63,602 nucleotides of DNA, from contig NC_068991.1 in NCBI RefSeq assembly GCF_001194135.2, positions 56,257,786-56,321,387 of the forward strand, read 5' to 3'. Positions 39,411 through 53,100 of the stretch are shown here, piece after piece (the stretch's first letter is position 1; every line of letters begins with the position of its first letter). Below the pieces are notes generated by a model. That model had not been told where the DNA came from. It saw nothing but the letters and a program-made list of their open reading frames with translations, and ran no database searches. Position numbers and translations under genes: made by a program. Source of the stretch: Octopus bimaculoides. Taxonomy: Eukaryota.

Positions 39411-41299
39411 AGAGAGNNNNNNNNNNNNNNNNNNNNNNNNNNNNNNNNNNNNNNNNNNNNNNNNNNNNNNNNNNNNNNNNNNNNNNNNNNNNNNNNNNNN
39501 NNNNNNNNNNNNNNNNNNNNNNNNNNNNNNNNNNNNNNNNNNNNNNNNNNNNNNNNNNNNNNNNNNNNNNNNNNNNNNNNNNNNNNNNNNNNNNNNNNNN
39601 NNNNNNNNNNNNNNNNNNNNNNNNNNNNNNNNNNNNNNNNNNNNNNNNNNNNNNNNNNNNNNNNNNNNNNNNNNNNNNNNNNGTTGAGTAAAAATTTGAA
39701 TGGCTTTTCTGAGTATGTGTGTGGTAAAATTGTAATCTCTATTTTTGTAAACAAGTTTTTGAAGAAAAAAAAAAAAAAAAAAAGGGTAGGGTAAGATATC
39801 TCCTTACATGTCAACCTGGACATCACAGAAATATCAATATAGCCACATTCATTTTGTGATCACAAACCAAAAGGCACACACACACACAAAACATATACAC
39901 ATATATATATATCTATCTACACACTATTTGTACACACACACACACGTAAAACATATACAGATACCTATCTACACACTATTTGTATACACACACACACACA
40001 CGTATCTCTGCTACAGTAAGAGGCCAATTGCTATACCTCCATTATTCTTTTAACCTCTCATCTATTGGCACAAAATCACTTTCCTCAACACTATTCCTCT
40101 TGATTGAGGGAACTTTCTCTTGTTTTGCAAGTTACTTGGTGGCTCCATCAGTGCTGGTGCCATGAAGAAAAGTATCTAGTATACTCTGTAAAGTGGTTGG
40201 TGTTAGGAAAAGCATCCAGCTATGGGAATCATGCCAAAACAGACAATAGAGCCCTCCAGCCTGCTAGTTTTTGTCAAACCATCCAACCTATCCCAGCATT
40301 GCAAACGGACATTACATGATGATGATATACAAGTATGCACATAAAAACATCAACATATAGTATACATAAATATATGCATACATACATGCTTATAAACACA
40401 CACACACACACAGAACCTGAAAAGGAGAGTTGAGAGAGAAATAGTGATAAAAACATGCAGTACACATATTTCTTTAATTGCACTCAACTGTCCATAAGAA
40501 TTAGTTTACAAAATCAGAACAAAAAAAAAAAACAGGTCAATTAACAATCTAATGAAATCTTGCTACTCATCCAATTACTTTTTTAAAATATAACAAAAAA
40601 CAAAAAGCCCAGTATTAGCCTTATATAATAAACAAGTTATTGGACAAAGATGCAATAAATAAAAACTGATAGCCTTGTGCAATATGAGGCATTTTAAAAG
40701 TTCCAAGTTAGAATAAATGGTAATGTGAAATTGTTATTAGGTGGAAGATGTATTAATACAAGAATATATCTTTTATCTTTTAGTTTCAGTCATTGGACTG
40801 TGGCCATGCTAGGGCACCACCTTTAAAGTTTTTCTATCGAACAAATTAACCCCAGTACATATTTAAAAAAAAGTTTTGGTACTTATTCTATAGGTCTCTT
40901 TTGCCAAATTGAAGTTACAGGGATATAAATAAAATTGTGGAATGGAAGTCAAACACACACACACACACAATTTCCAGTAATCAAATTCACCCACAATGCT
41001 TGAAGCTATAATAATAGACACTTGCCAAAGGTATGGCTCAGTGGTATTGAACCCAAAACCATGCCTACAACTATTAAAACCTAATTGCAAGAAATTCAAA
41101 AAGCTGAAGCATAATCTAAGATTGAGAGTAGGTCTTAAAGTCGATCTATCAATGATGAAAGTTTTAGTTGGGAAGACAGGATTCTACTAGCACCTGAGAA
41201 GTAGCCACACTGATATGTAGAAAGCCAATAAGTATACTACAGAATGTAGCTGATGTAAATAGTCAAAGGCAGGTTGACAGAAGGAATTCCTGTGTACTA

Positions 41300-41600
41300 A
41301 TGGTAAGAGCTCTCATCCTCTACAAGCTCCAGTTCTTGTTGCAGTGTGGTAGCTTGCATGCCTCAATGACCCTCTAAGCTTTGCCAGTAGGGTACAAGTT
41401 CCTGATAGGGCTTCATATAATGGACAGGTCAGAGGAAAGAGACCAGAGTGATATGGACTACTGCTTCCCAGAGCTAAGAATGAGTTTGCATAAGGCCAAC
41501 ATCCTTACCTAGATAAAAAGAAAGTTACAGAAGCATTGATGGTAATTCAAAACCAACAAGGCATGTGAGAGGAAGGCCTTCCCTCAGGGAAACACATGAA
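41300..41600 (+). mobile_element. RTE-like 5' region (related copy at ~47990-48290)
   Basis: Both copies share ggacaggtc..gccaacatcc(c/t)tacctag..aaaa..gttac..aagcattgatg..aattcaaaaccaacaag..ggaggccttcc..caggg, resembling RTE 5'UTR motifs. Confidence 0.5.
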
Positions 41601-41744
41601 ATTGCTGGAGGCAGGCATGATACTGAAGCAGAGTTGAAAAAGCAGGGACTGAACTGGAAACAACCAGAAAAAACAGCTCAGATTTGAGAACAATACTGAA
41701 AAGTCATCAATGGCCTATACTTGACAGGGAACAATGGGCTTGTT

Positions 41745-42110
41745 CAGAGAATATCCTAGAAATAGTTGATAGCTTCTATTACCTAACAGGCTAAATTCCT
41801 GTGGAGGAAAGTATAGTAACTGGAGTACAGCAAAGAAATGGTAAATATTCAGGAATCTATCTTTGTGGGTAACAAAAAGTAAAGAACAGATTGTATGAGG
41901 CTTGTGAATGAAGTGTGTTGGTGCATGGCAGTCAAAATATGGGGCACTGAATATAAAAGATGTGGAAAAGGTGGAAAAAAAAAAGAGGGGAGCATGCTCT
42001 GCTAATGTCAGTGTAATGATAGTATGCATGAATGACAGAACACAATAGATCTGAGAGAAAACTTGGGCAAAGACCAATAAACCAGTGCATTGAGGAAGAC
42101 ACGCTGGTGT
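41745..42110 (+). mobile_element. Decayed RTE-clade LINE RT/thumb fragment
   Basis: ENILEIVDSFYYL..NRLYEACExSVLVHGSQ..ALNIKDVEKVE..DLRE, matching RTE RT C-terminal motifs, with frameshifts. Confidence 0.75.
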
Positions 42111-43013
42111 ATTTAAGTGTGCATTATAGTTATTATCATCATCATCATCTAACATCCATTTTCTATGCTGGAATGAGTTGAACAGTTTAGAAGGCTCTAG
42201 TAATCCACAGGGCTGAAGTGAGGTCCACTATCAGCTTTGGTATAGTTTCTATAGCTAAATACCCTTCCTGATACCAGTTATTCTTGCAATATAATATATC
42301 CAATTAAGAATGCATATGCATATATGATGATATGAGTTAGTAACCCCATAAGACTTGAGAGGCCAGAGGTTTCCTAAGGCAGGCCTATGGAGTACTCCTA
42401 GCTAATTAAAAAAAAACTACCTCTACCCTACAGGCTTGCTCAAACAGGAGTGTTATGGATATACAACAACAACAACAACAACCATGGTTATATCCTTTGT
42501 TCTCCTCTCATCAGAAATATCACTGGGGTCCTTACACAGTTACTTTATTACTACTTTTTTTTTTTTTAAGCATTCATTGCACTGATTTAAAAATAATAAA
42601 AGATCACAACCTTGTGCAGTAATAGTAGTAGCAGTAACAGCAGCAGCAGTAGTAAATCTACTTTATGCTGTTTCATTTTTTAAAAAATTTTGTTATATTT
42701 TTTTAACTGTAATTTTTTTTTTTCGAAGTTACAACAACAAATCTTAAAATGTTTGATCCTTTAATCATGAGACAAGGAAGGACACATCAAGTTTCTTTCG
42801 TTCTTTCTTTCCCAAAAAACACAGAACAAAAATATAAACAAGCAAATCAAAGCAACCAACAAAGAAAGAAAAAAATGTGATATGTTGTTGTTGTTGCAGG
42901 GCCAGGGTCTAAAACGTGAAGTGACAGGATGCATATTACATTAAAAAAAGACGAAACTAAATTACTTTTTTTGCTTTTTGTGTGTGTACGTGTGTATGTA
43001 TCATTTTAGTCTT

Positions 43014-43098
43014 TTAAATTGTTCTTCGTACTTCCGTTGGTAGGGTTTTGAGAAATTCCGCCATACCAAGACTTGATTGAACATCAGGTGTGAAATTT
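43014..43098 (-). CDS. Candidate alternative terminal exon of LRIG-like gene (speculative)
   Basis: Upstream (CT)n tract then ...ttaattaaaaag|A AAT TTC... gives NFTPDVQSSLGMAEFLKTLPTEVRRTI*. Phase matches the exon A donor. The AAG acceptor is weak. Confidence 0.25.
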
Positions 43099-44082
43099 CT
43101 TTTTAATTAAAAACAGAGATGGAGAGAGAGAGAGAGAGAGAGAGAAAGAGACTAACAATACAATAAATGAGAAGGAAAACAAAAAGGGCCCAAGTCGGGG
43201 TGGGGTGGGGTGTGATGGTGGTGCAGTATAAAGAGAACGTGTATCAAGGACCAACACTATTGGCCCTCCTTTCTCTCTTCCACAAAAAAGGGGAAAAANN
43301 NNNNNNNNNNNNNNNNNNNNNNNNNNNNNNNNNNNNNNNNNNNNNNNNNNNNNNNNNNNNNNNNNNNNNNNNNNNNNNNNNNNNNNNNNNNNNNNNNNNN
43401 NNNNNNNNNNNNNNNNNNNNNNNNNNNNNNNNNNNNNNNNNNNNNNNNNNNNNNNNNNNNNNNNNNNNNNNNNNNNNNNNNNNNNNNNNNNNNNNNNNNN
43501 NNNNNNNNNNNNNNNNNNNNNNNNNNNNNNNNNNNNNNNNNNNNNNNNNNNNNNNNNNNNNNNNNNNNNNNNNNNNNNNNNNNNNNNNNNNNNNNNNNNN
43601 NNNNNNNNNNNNNNNNNNNNNNNNNNNNNNNNNNNNNNNNNNNNNNNNNNNNNNNNNNNNNNNNNNNNNNNNNNNNNNNNNNNNNNNNNNNNNNNNNNNN
43701 NNNNNNNNNNNNNNNNNNNNNNNNNNNNNNNNNNNNNNNNNNNNNNNNNNNNNNNNNNNNNNNNNNNNNNNNNNNNNNNNNNNNNNNNNNNNNNNNNNNN
43801 NNNNNNNNNNNNNNNNNNNNNNNNNNNNNNNNAAAGCAGAAGGTAATAGAGCCCTCCCTCTCTCCCTCCTTCTCACCCCCCTTGTAGTAGTAATAACTAC
43901 TATTCATTCTATCAGCACCTACCACTCATGTTGCTCCCTTTCTCTCTCCCCTGCCCTGTTCCTCCTCCTCCTCCTCATTCAACAAAGACAATCAGATATA
44001 CCCAGTTAGCCAGCCAAAAAAAAAAAGAAAAGGAAAAAAAAACACAAAACAACAATCCATTTCACACTTTTCAAATGATAAC

Positions 44083-44143
44083 ATGCCTACTCCCAAACAC
44101 AACTACCTGCAAGTGGAAAAAGAAAGTCCACAACCCTGGCCAG
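44083..44143 (+). other. Candidate first exon (ATG to donor) of an antisense transcript
   Basis: ATG...MPTPKHNYLQVEKESPQPWP+G|gtaaga, preceded by TE-free pyrimidine/A-rich UTR-like sequence. Confidence 0.22.
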
Positions 44144-44229
44144 GTAAGAAATTAATGAAGTGAATCTAACAAGTTTTAGGATTAACTGTTTTATTGAGGT
44201 ATTTAGGCCAAAAGGAGAGAGATACATAG

Positions 44230-44262
<33 letters not shown>

Positions 44263-44585
44263 AAGAGAGGAAAATTAAAATATATCACAAATGAAAATGA
44301 AAGATTTGAAAAAGATGAAGGTACAAGGCTCATTATTATAAGGTCAAAAGGTAAATGATATTTAAAATGAATAAGAAATAAGCCAATGTGAAAAATATTT
44401 AAAACTATACATATATTACAGGCACAGGCATTGCTGTGTGGTAAGAAGTTTTCTTCTCAACCATATGGTTCCAGGCCCAGTCCCATTATGTGACACTTTG
44501 AGCACGTGTCTTCTCCTATAGCCTTAAGCTGACCAAAGCCTTGTGAGTGGATTTGGAAGACAGAAACTGAAAAGAAGCCCATCAT

Positions 44586-44627
<42 letters not shown>

Positions 44628-44783
44628 AAGCATGGCTCATTAGTGCAAGCCTAACTGTGTAGTTAAGCAGCTAACTCTGAGATCACATGGTCTCATGTTC
44701 AACTCCACTGCATGCTATTATAACTCTGCGCTGACCAATGCCTTGTAAGAGAATTTGATAGACAGGATCTGTGGGAAGCCCAT

Positions 44784-44815
<32 letters not shown>

Positions 44816-47800
44816 TGTATGTATGTATGTACATATATGCCTGTGTTTGTAACCTCACTACCACTACTTGACCACCTCTGTTGGTTTGTTTAAGCCCCAG
44901 TAACATAGTGGCTGAGGAAAAAAGACCAACAGAATAAGTATCAGACATTAAAAATAAACAATGGGGTTGATTTGTTTGACTAAATCCTTCATGGTGGTGC
45001 CCCAGCATGACCCCTGTCCAATGACTGAAATAAGTAAAAGGTAAAAAAAATAACTAGTGTATTGGTTTTGGTACAACTAAGTGATTTGTGAAACTTCTAC
45101 AGTTATGATTTTAAAGTGATGCATAAAATCCCAGGATTCAGGACTTAAAACATTATCATTTCCATTTTAAAGCATAGTAAATTTATTGAGCAGGCCAAGT
45201 GAATAACACACAGAAACTTCCTCACTGGCTCATCAGAAAGATAAGCTGTAGAGTTAACTGATCTGTCAGCTGAGAGAAGATCAACATGTAAAACAAACAA
45301 TAGACACATACACACACACACATTTGCTAATAGCTGACATATCTAAGTAGCAAAATATGACTGGATAGATCTTAAATGAAGAGAGAGGGATCAGATTAAA
45401 AACTTACTGGTATGTCACTTAGAAAAACAACAATGATTTTCTATCTTAAATACAAGAACATAATGTCAAATTTTTATTTTATTCATAAACATTTTCTGTA
45501 ATGGGTTGGCAATTAGAGCAGATAAAAGCAAGAATTAACATTGGGGCAACATTAAAAACTTAAACTATTAAGCTGGGATAAAGTTTATAACTCTTCTTAG
45601 CCATTTAAGAGCTCTAGCTCAGCAAAAGAGAACCCCCCCATCCTCTCCCAAAAAACCCATTCTACTAAGCACTAAAGTACTAATATATCAAAGTAAGTTC
45701 CATAATTTTGTATTAAAAGACAACCTTATAGCTTCTTGGAGAACTGAGGGATTTACTGACATATAAATGGGAGAGGATGTGGAGGAAGCAGACAAGTTGG
45801 TAATAATTTCAACATCAATAAGTATGGCAAGACTTATAAAAGAGTGAGTAGAAGATTAAGTTCTTGACACACTGAGTTCACAGTTTTAATTCAGTCATAG
45901 CTTCATTTCACTTTCATTCCTGTTGCCTATGGAAATATAGCACAGACGTCATATAAACTCTCGCAAATCTACTGTAAATCTTAGGATTTATATTTAGCAG
46001 AAAACAATGAGAAGAACCTCTTGTAGTGTAGCTTTCTCCAAGACAGTTGTACACAAGCTGTGTCTACAAAGGGATATCATATTTAGTAGAATAACAAGTA
46101 GAAAACAACAGGAAAGTACACATGGTGCCTTTGCAATTGGTCTATAAAAAGTTAGTGAGTTATAAAAAAAAAAACTCTCTTCCAACAGGCTGCTTCCCCA
46201 TGGGCCACAAAACCAACAAAACTTGTACCTTTCCAGAAAAATATCAACTTTATTATGAAGGACACATGATTTTTTTCTCATCCAAGAACAACATTCACTA
46301 TTTGTGTACAGGCTGACAAACACACCAAATGACAAAGAATGAGGGGGGGGGGAGTTACTCTCATATGTAAAGTTTTTAAAAAATGGCTCAGTGCCTCAAT
46401 ATGCAAACATGTACACACACACATACACAAAGAAAACAAAAGCACTTAAGAAGTATCTTCCTTATGCAATTTCATTCAAGATGAACTAAATTCAATCACA
46501 GGATTAGGGTGAGGTGAGGTGGAGCATGTTGGGGCACCACTCCAGAATGTAGTTGAATATATCAACCCCAATATCTGGAGGCTAATATTTAATTTACTGC
46601 CCCCAGAAGGATGAAAAGTGAACTAAGCTTGGGCAAGATTTGAACTCAAATTATAAAGGGACATAAACAGGACAAGGTAATTTGATACTCTACAGATATG
46701 TTGATCAAACACCACCCATAAAAAGCTGGTACTGTTTCCTATTCTAATAACTTTCACCACAAACATCATAACATTTAGCCATTAGCTTTTACTAAAACCA
46801 GGTAGCTTTTAGCCGAGTCTGTACTGGTTTGGTATAGTCTGCGAGGAAAGTTTATCATTTTAGCTACTGTCAGGTTATGCTGACAAAATAAGTTAAGGAA
46901 TAAAATCAATGTTGTATAGCAGAAGTAAGAGTTATATCTAGTCTATACTGTCACGATAATCTTGATAGTCAATAGTTTTAAGCTACAATAGACTAATCGG
47001 CATAACAGATTCACTGGATATACAAAGATAAAACAATTTAATTAATACACATTCAGTCTGTAGGTTTCCTAAAGGCTATCACTTGTCTAGTGTTTTATAC
47101 ATGTATGTATGTATGGTTGTGTGTTTATCCTTATACATACACAGATGGAGCAAAAGTTACCCCAATACTACCACCACCACCACCTAATCTCCTGTTTGTT
47201 TATTTTAGTGGTTTGCTTCAACAAGTCTGAGTTTCTTTTTGCAATTGAAATACTATAAAATATCAGACATATCAAAATACTCTGCTACAAACTAGAAAAA
47301 AAAAGCCATTCTGTTTTTCTTTTTTTTTTTCTCTCTCTCTCATGAAATTAATTAGGCTCAATTTATTCTGATTCCATCACCAATGTTACAGATATCACAC
47401 AAGGGTTTTACATATCAAACGCAAAAACAATTCTTCACATATTTTAAATTTTGGAATTGAGGAACACACACACACACACAAAACAGACTGCAATTTTTTT
47501 TAACTCGTACACAAACTCCATCACATTGCATTTGCAACATTTCCAAGTATTTTGTACTTCCTTGATATCCAGTAACAAAACAGTGAAATTGTTTTTACTT
47601 TAAATTATTCTGATTAAATTCTTTCCACACAAGGCCTGAAATTTTGGGGGATGGGGCTAGTTGATTACATCGACTCTAGTGTTTGGCTGGTGATTATTTT
47701 ATCAACCCCAAATGGATGTAAAGCAAAGTTGACTAAAAAATTAAAATAATGAAATTACTTCAGTTATAGGAGATTATCCATGGAAATGAAATATAAATTG

Positions 47801-49712
47801 AAGGAAAATGGACAACACAAAATGCGACTTGGAGGCAAATTCAATCCATTGCTCTCTTTCTAACATCTCACTTAGCCCTTGGTATGTTAAAGTGTTCTGC
47901 ACCAGGCTTCTGATCTGAGGACCCCACTTTCCCAGTGAGAGCATAGTAAAAGAGACAAGTGTTTCATTGGTCAGCATTTCTTAGGGGTATATGAGCAATA
48001 AGCACCAAAAGTCCAGTCCTTGTTACAGTACAATGGCTTGTGTGCCTCAGTGACTCTCGGAAATATGCCAGGAGAATGCAAGTGCCTAGCAAGGCTTCCT
48101 GCTCTGGACAGGTCTAAGGAAAGATGCCAAACGAAAATGGACCACTTCCTCATAGGGATAAAAAAAAAAAAGAATGGTGTAGTGCCAACATCCCTACCTA
48201 GAAAAAAGCAAAGTTACTAAAGCATTGATGACAATTCAAAACCAACAAGACCTAGGGGGAGGCCTTCCTTCAGGGAAACATGATACTGCAGCAAAATCCT
48301 AAAGGAAAGAGTAAAGATCCAAGTGGAAAGAAGTAGAAAAGAGGGCCAGAGTTGAAATCAGTGGAGAAAAGTTAGGGCTTATGTAAGTAAGAGTAAGCAA
48401 TAAAAAATCCCTTTAGATATATTCAAAAGATCCTGAAGTAGGATGAACAGATCTATGATCAATGCCCTCACATCATAATAGTGACAGATCAGGCCAAGTG
48501 TCATTATTGTCCCACTGGTAGCATTCGTTACATAATTTCTTTTAGTTAGTCTCAAACATTTCTCTGTTCCCAGCATTCAAAGACAACGCGAAGGAAACAA
48601 AATGAGCCAGGCATGGTTATTGGGTACACCAAGCATTAGAGAAGCTCTGTTCCCAAGTCTGGAAGCTTTTAATAAACAATGAAAGATAGATTTTCTCATT
48701 TTCTAATCACCCTCTTCAATGCCAAGGTATAAGGAAAGAATAGTTATTTACCAAATAATTGTAAAATATAAGCATTATAAGCATTATCATACAAGAATTT
48801 TCACCTTTCAAATGTCATTCTCGGTAATTCTTTAAATATGCTGAATAGTTTCTTTGCACTAAGATTACATTCTGAAGAAGAGGGTGGGGAGGAGAGGCAA
48901 GAGGATGCACATGCTAAAACACGTACGTACACACACACCTACGTGCACACATCTACTACAATTAGATACTGAAAACACAAAACACGAGAAGGATTTTCTT
49001 TGGGAGGTGTGTTAAACAGATTGTAGAGATAATATATTAATGTTGTGTTGGGGTTTAATTAGAGTAGAATCGGGTTAACTGACAAGATGACAGAGACAAG
49101 AAATAGAAGAGATAGCAGTGCAGGCAGACAGGCAATGTGGTTAAGGGGCCCAGAGGGAAAGGGACGATGTTTATCATTTTGCAATTAACTGCTGAAACTT
49201 CTCATGTATTTAGGAGGTGAAGGGGTGGGTAAAAACGGAAAGTGAAAGGGAGAAGATGAAGAAAGTGACAGGAAAGAATCAAGAAAAGAAAAGATGAAAA
49301 AAATTTTTTAAAAACGGTAAAAAAAAATCAAAAGGAACTAAAGGAAAAAAAAGACAAAAAAAAACCAACAAAAATCCCCCACACAAAATGAAAATAGCCT
49401 AATGAATTCTTGAGCTGTCAGTCTTTCTATTTCCCGTTTCGCATCTCAAATAAACCATTCACTACTATTTCAATAACCAGTGTGATTCCTCTTCAATGAA
49501 ATACAACAACTCCAGTCTCTCTCTCTCACCTGATTACAGATTCCAGCAGACAAACACACATGCATACACACACATGCACAGATGACTCAGTTGCAATCAC
49601 ACTGTGCAACAACTGACAAGAGATGCATAATTACATGCATGAGATTACTTTTCCATTACATTAAAATAGGTAATATGTCATCATCATCATAATAATTATT
49701 TATTAAAAAATA

Positions 49713-49756
<44 letters not shown>

Positions 49757-50059
49757 TTTTAGTTATGTATAATATATATTTTCTCATTGCCTCTACAACT
49801 GCTTAACATGTAAATATTGATGTTTTCTGAAAGCAAAAACAAACAGCTGTTTGTTTATAAAGATAGTTTTACTAATGATGTAAATTACAAAGAAAGGAAA
49901 AAAAAATGGTTATGATGAACTTATATGACAATAAATACACTCTGCCACTTCAACTCTCAGTGACACACACAAAATAAAATCGTCTCAGCAAAGTGTCAAA
50001 CGACACCACAAACAATTTCAATAATTAAATATGCTCTTAAGAAATGATATAATACTTAC

Positions 50060-50131
50060 AATTTCTTTAATTTAACAAATCCTTTGAAATCATCGGGTTG
50101 AATATCCATAATTATATTACTCTGTAAATCC
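50060..50131 (-). CDS. LRIG-like: LRR exon A (72 nt) of an LRIG-like transmembrane LRR/Ig protein
   Basis: Acceptor ttttttattattttcag|G, donor TT|gtaagt. Frame G+GAT TTA CAG AGT AAT... gives DLQSNIIMDIQPDDFKGFVKLKK+TT, the 24-aa typical LRR consensus xLxxNxIxxIxxxxFxxLxxLxxL. Exon confidence is high; the family name comes from recalled similarity, not a search. Confidence 0.88.
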
Positions 50132-53100
50132 CTGAAAATAATAAAAAATTTAAACATATTGAAAGAAAATTTATATTATATATATATATATCATATATAC
50201 ACGGAATTATAAAATGTAAATTGTTATATATGAGATTGTTTACAATTATATATCAATATCTATGTAATATAGAAATTCAATAATGGGCCCTTGGACTCAT
50301 AAGGCTGGTTACCTGGTTTCCACAGCATATGACTGAGATCACAACATTCCCTTGAATGGGGTGCTGGATTGTTGCAGGGTTCAAGGCTAGCTTTTTTGAA
50401 GGGATGGGAATAGTCAATTACTCTGACCTCAATACTTGGCCCATACTATATGCTGGCCTCAATGTGATTTGAACTCAAAACGTAAAGAGCCAGAAGAAAT
50501 GCCACTAGGCATTTTGTCTGACATGTTAACAATTCTGCCAGCTTGCTACCTTAATAATAATGGTTTCCAATTTGGCCACAAGGCCAGCAATTTCAGAGTA
50601 GAGAATAACTCAATTCAAGGCAGATGATAAGTTGATTACATCAACCTGAGCGCTCAACTGGTACTTATTTTATTGGCCCTGAAAGGATGAAAGGTAAAGT
50701 CAACTCTGGCAGAATTTGAACTTCAGGACATTAAGACAAATGAAATACAACTAAGAATTTTGCCTGGTGTGCTAATGATTCTGCCAGCTTGCTACTTTTA
50801 TCACCTTAATAATAATAGTAACAATAATAATAATGATTTATGCACAAGGATAGCTATTTTGAGCAAAGGGATAACTTGACTACATTGATCCCACTATTAA
50901 ACTAGTACTTTATTTTATTGACTCTAGTGGAATGAAAAGCAAAGCTGACCTCAATAGGATTTGAAATCTAAGCATAAAGAGCAAGGCATTTTTCATAATA
51001 CTCTTAAGATTCTGCTGATATGTTGTGCTAAACAAATAATGATGATAATAAAGGTTTCAAATTTTGGCACAAAGCCAGTAATTTTAGAGGGAGGGGATAA
51101 ATTAATAATATTGATCCACTATTCAACTGGTACATTTTATCAAAATTGTTAGCCTAGAACTTTACAACAGCTTGGTATCCCATTCAGGGTGAATGTCATG
51201 ATCTTGGGCTCATATGCCATGGAAACTGGGTAACTGGCCTTCTTAGTCCTAGGGCTCAAGGAAAATAAATAGAGAGAGAAATAATAAGGATTCTGATTAC
51301 AAAATTAATTAAACAAGACACAGCTGAGGGAAAGATGCTCAAAGAGAAAAGGAAAATAAATAAAAAAGATCAACTCCAAGGAAGAGTAAATGCAACGAAG
51401 AAAAAAAAAGTGATAAACGAAGAAGCTAATTTGTTCAAATCACTGAGCTGGAACAAAATTGTTGAGAAAAACAACACAAGCTTTAGAACTCTGTAATTAA
51501 CAGTCAGGTTTCTTTTTGAAGGCAAGTTCCCTGTAATCTAGAATGGCAGAATATTGGTAGTTTTACTTCAGATAATCACAGGTGTTACAGGATAGACTTA
51601 CACTCAGACCAAACTGGAAGTAGTTGAAATTACATATTTCAGTTTAAGTGACAGCCTTGCTTAAGCTTACAATATGTTGGTTATTGGTGTGAAAAACAAG
51701 CTTTAAAAGCTAAAGATGGTAACAGGAGATGAGCTCCAATCCTGCTATGCTTAACTACACATTCTTCTAAGTAAATAAATATCTGCCTTCAGTTCATATT
51801 AAACACTAATCACAACTATTTGGTTGATCAATGCCCATATAGCAGTTTACTTTAGTAAATCAGACCAACTAGCTTGTGTGTCAATGTTTACTTCACTAAT
51901 AAATTTTTATACAACAAATGTTCCTGGACATTTTGCCTTGCTTGTTTATTGTTCATCAGCTACAGGTTGGTATAGATTGGTCAGACCTATGATCCATGGC
52001 AATCCAGACATGACCATCCCATCGTTTTAAAAGTTTATAAGATGACACTGTCCATGTGATTTCCTATTTTTTAAAAGACTGCATAGAGGATGACTTGAGG
52101 GGATTTGACAGCTATTTCTAGAAAGTCTAACAATCACATAGAGACTTCCTTTACTTGTTTCACACCACTCATTCTATCAAGAGCAGTTATTTGTGAATAC
52201 ATGACCACAGCTGACCAAAGTTTCTTCAACAATCATAGACTTTCAGTAGTCATAATTGGAGGATTAATATATAAAGCCCTATGCTAAATGATTTGCAGAA
52301 TTTAGTTATGGCTGAGGTCAAATTCCACCAATACCAACGGTTTTGCCTTTCATCTTGTCGCAATCAGTCAGGTCTGGGGTTATATACTTAATTATTCTTC
52401 CACTAATGTTAGAGATCTGTTCTTTAAACTCTTACTTGTTTCTCACATTGAACTTCAGCCATGATGAAATAACCATTTTTAAGAATTTAATTGATCATAT
52501 TAATCCCAGGATTTAGTTTTGGGTCTAGTACTTATGGGCTGGATAGAGTTTACTGAGGTAAATTTTCTATGGCTAAATGTGCTTCCTATCGCTAACTCTC
52601 ACCCGTTTCCAAGCAAGGTATTTCCCCAAGACCAGTCATGCTCTGACAGAATATTGGCACTGCTGGTGTGACAGTGACAATCATTTTACAACTAGCATGC
52701 TATGTCATGGCAAGCAGACACAAACATTCACACACACACACACACACACACGATATGATGGGTTGCCTTCAATTCCACCCTACCAAATCTACACACAAGG
52801 CTTTGGTTGGCCTTGTCATACATACATACAAATAGGTGCAGGTGTGGTTGTGTGGTAAGAAGCTTGCTTCCCAACCACATAGTTCTGGGTTCAGTCCCAC
52901 TGCATGGCACCTTGGACAAGTGTCTCCTACAAGAGCCTTGGGTAGACCAAAGACTTGAGTGGATTTGGTAGATGGAAAACTGAAAGAAGCCTGTGAATCA
53001 TTATCATCGTTTAATGTCTGCTTTCCATACAGACATGGGTTGGCCAGTTTGACTGAGGACTGGTAAACCAGGAGGCTGCACCAGGCTCCAATCTGATCTG

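Larger units (their letters stand above)
5640..43832. other. Eleven assembly gaps (N runs), e.g. 5640-6059, 8609-8674, 9633-10402, 29757-30386, 31214-31542, 39417-39681, 43299-43832
   Basis: N characters; these generate the poly-X ORFs in the track. Confidence 0.98.
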
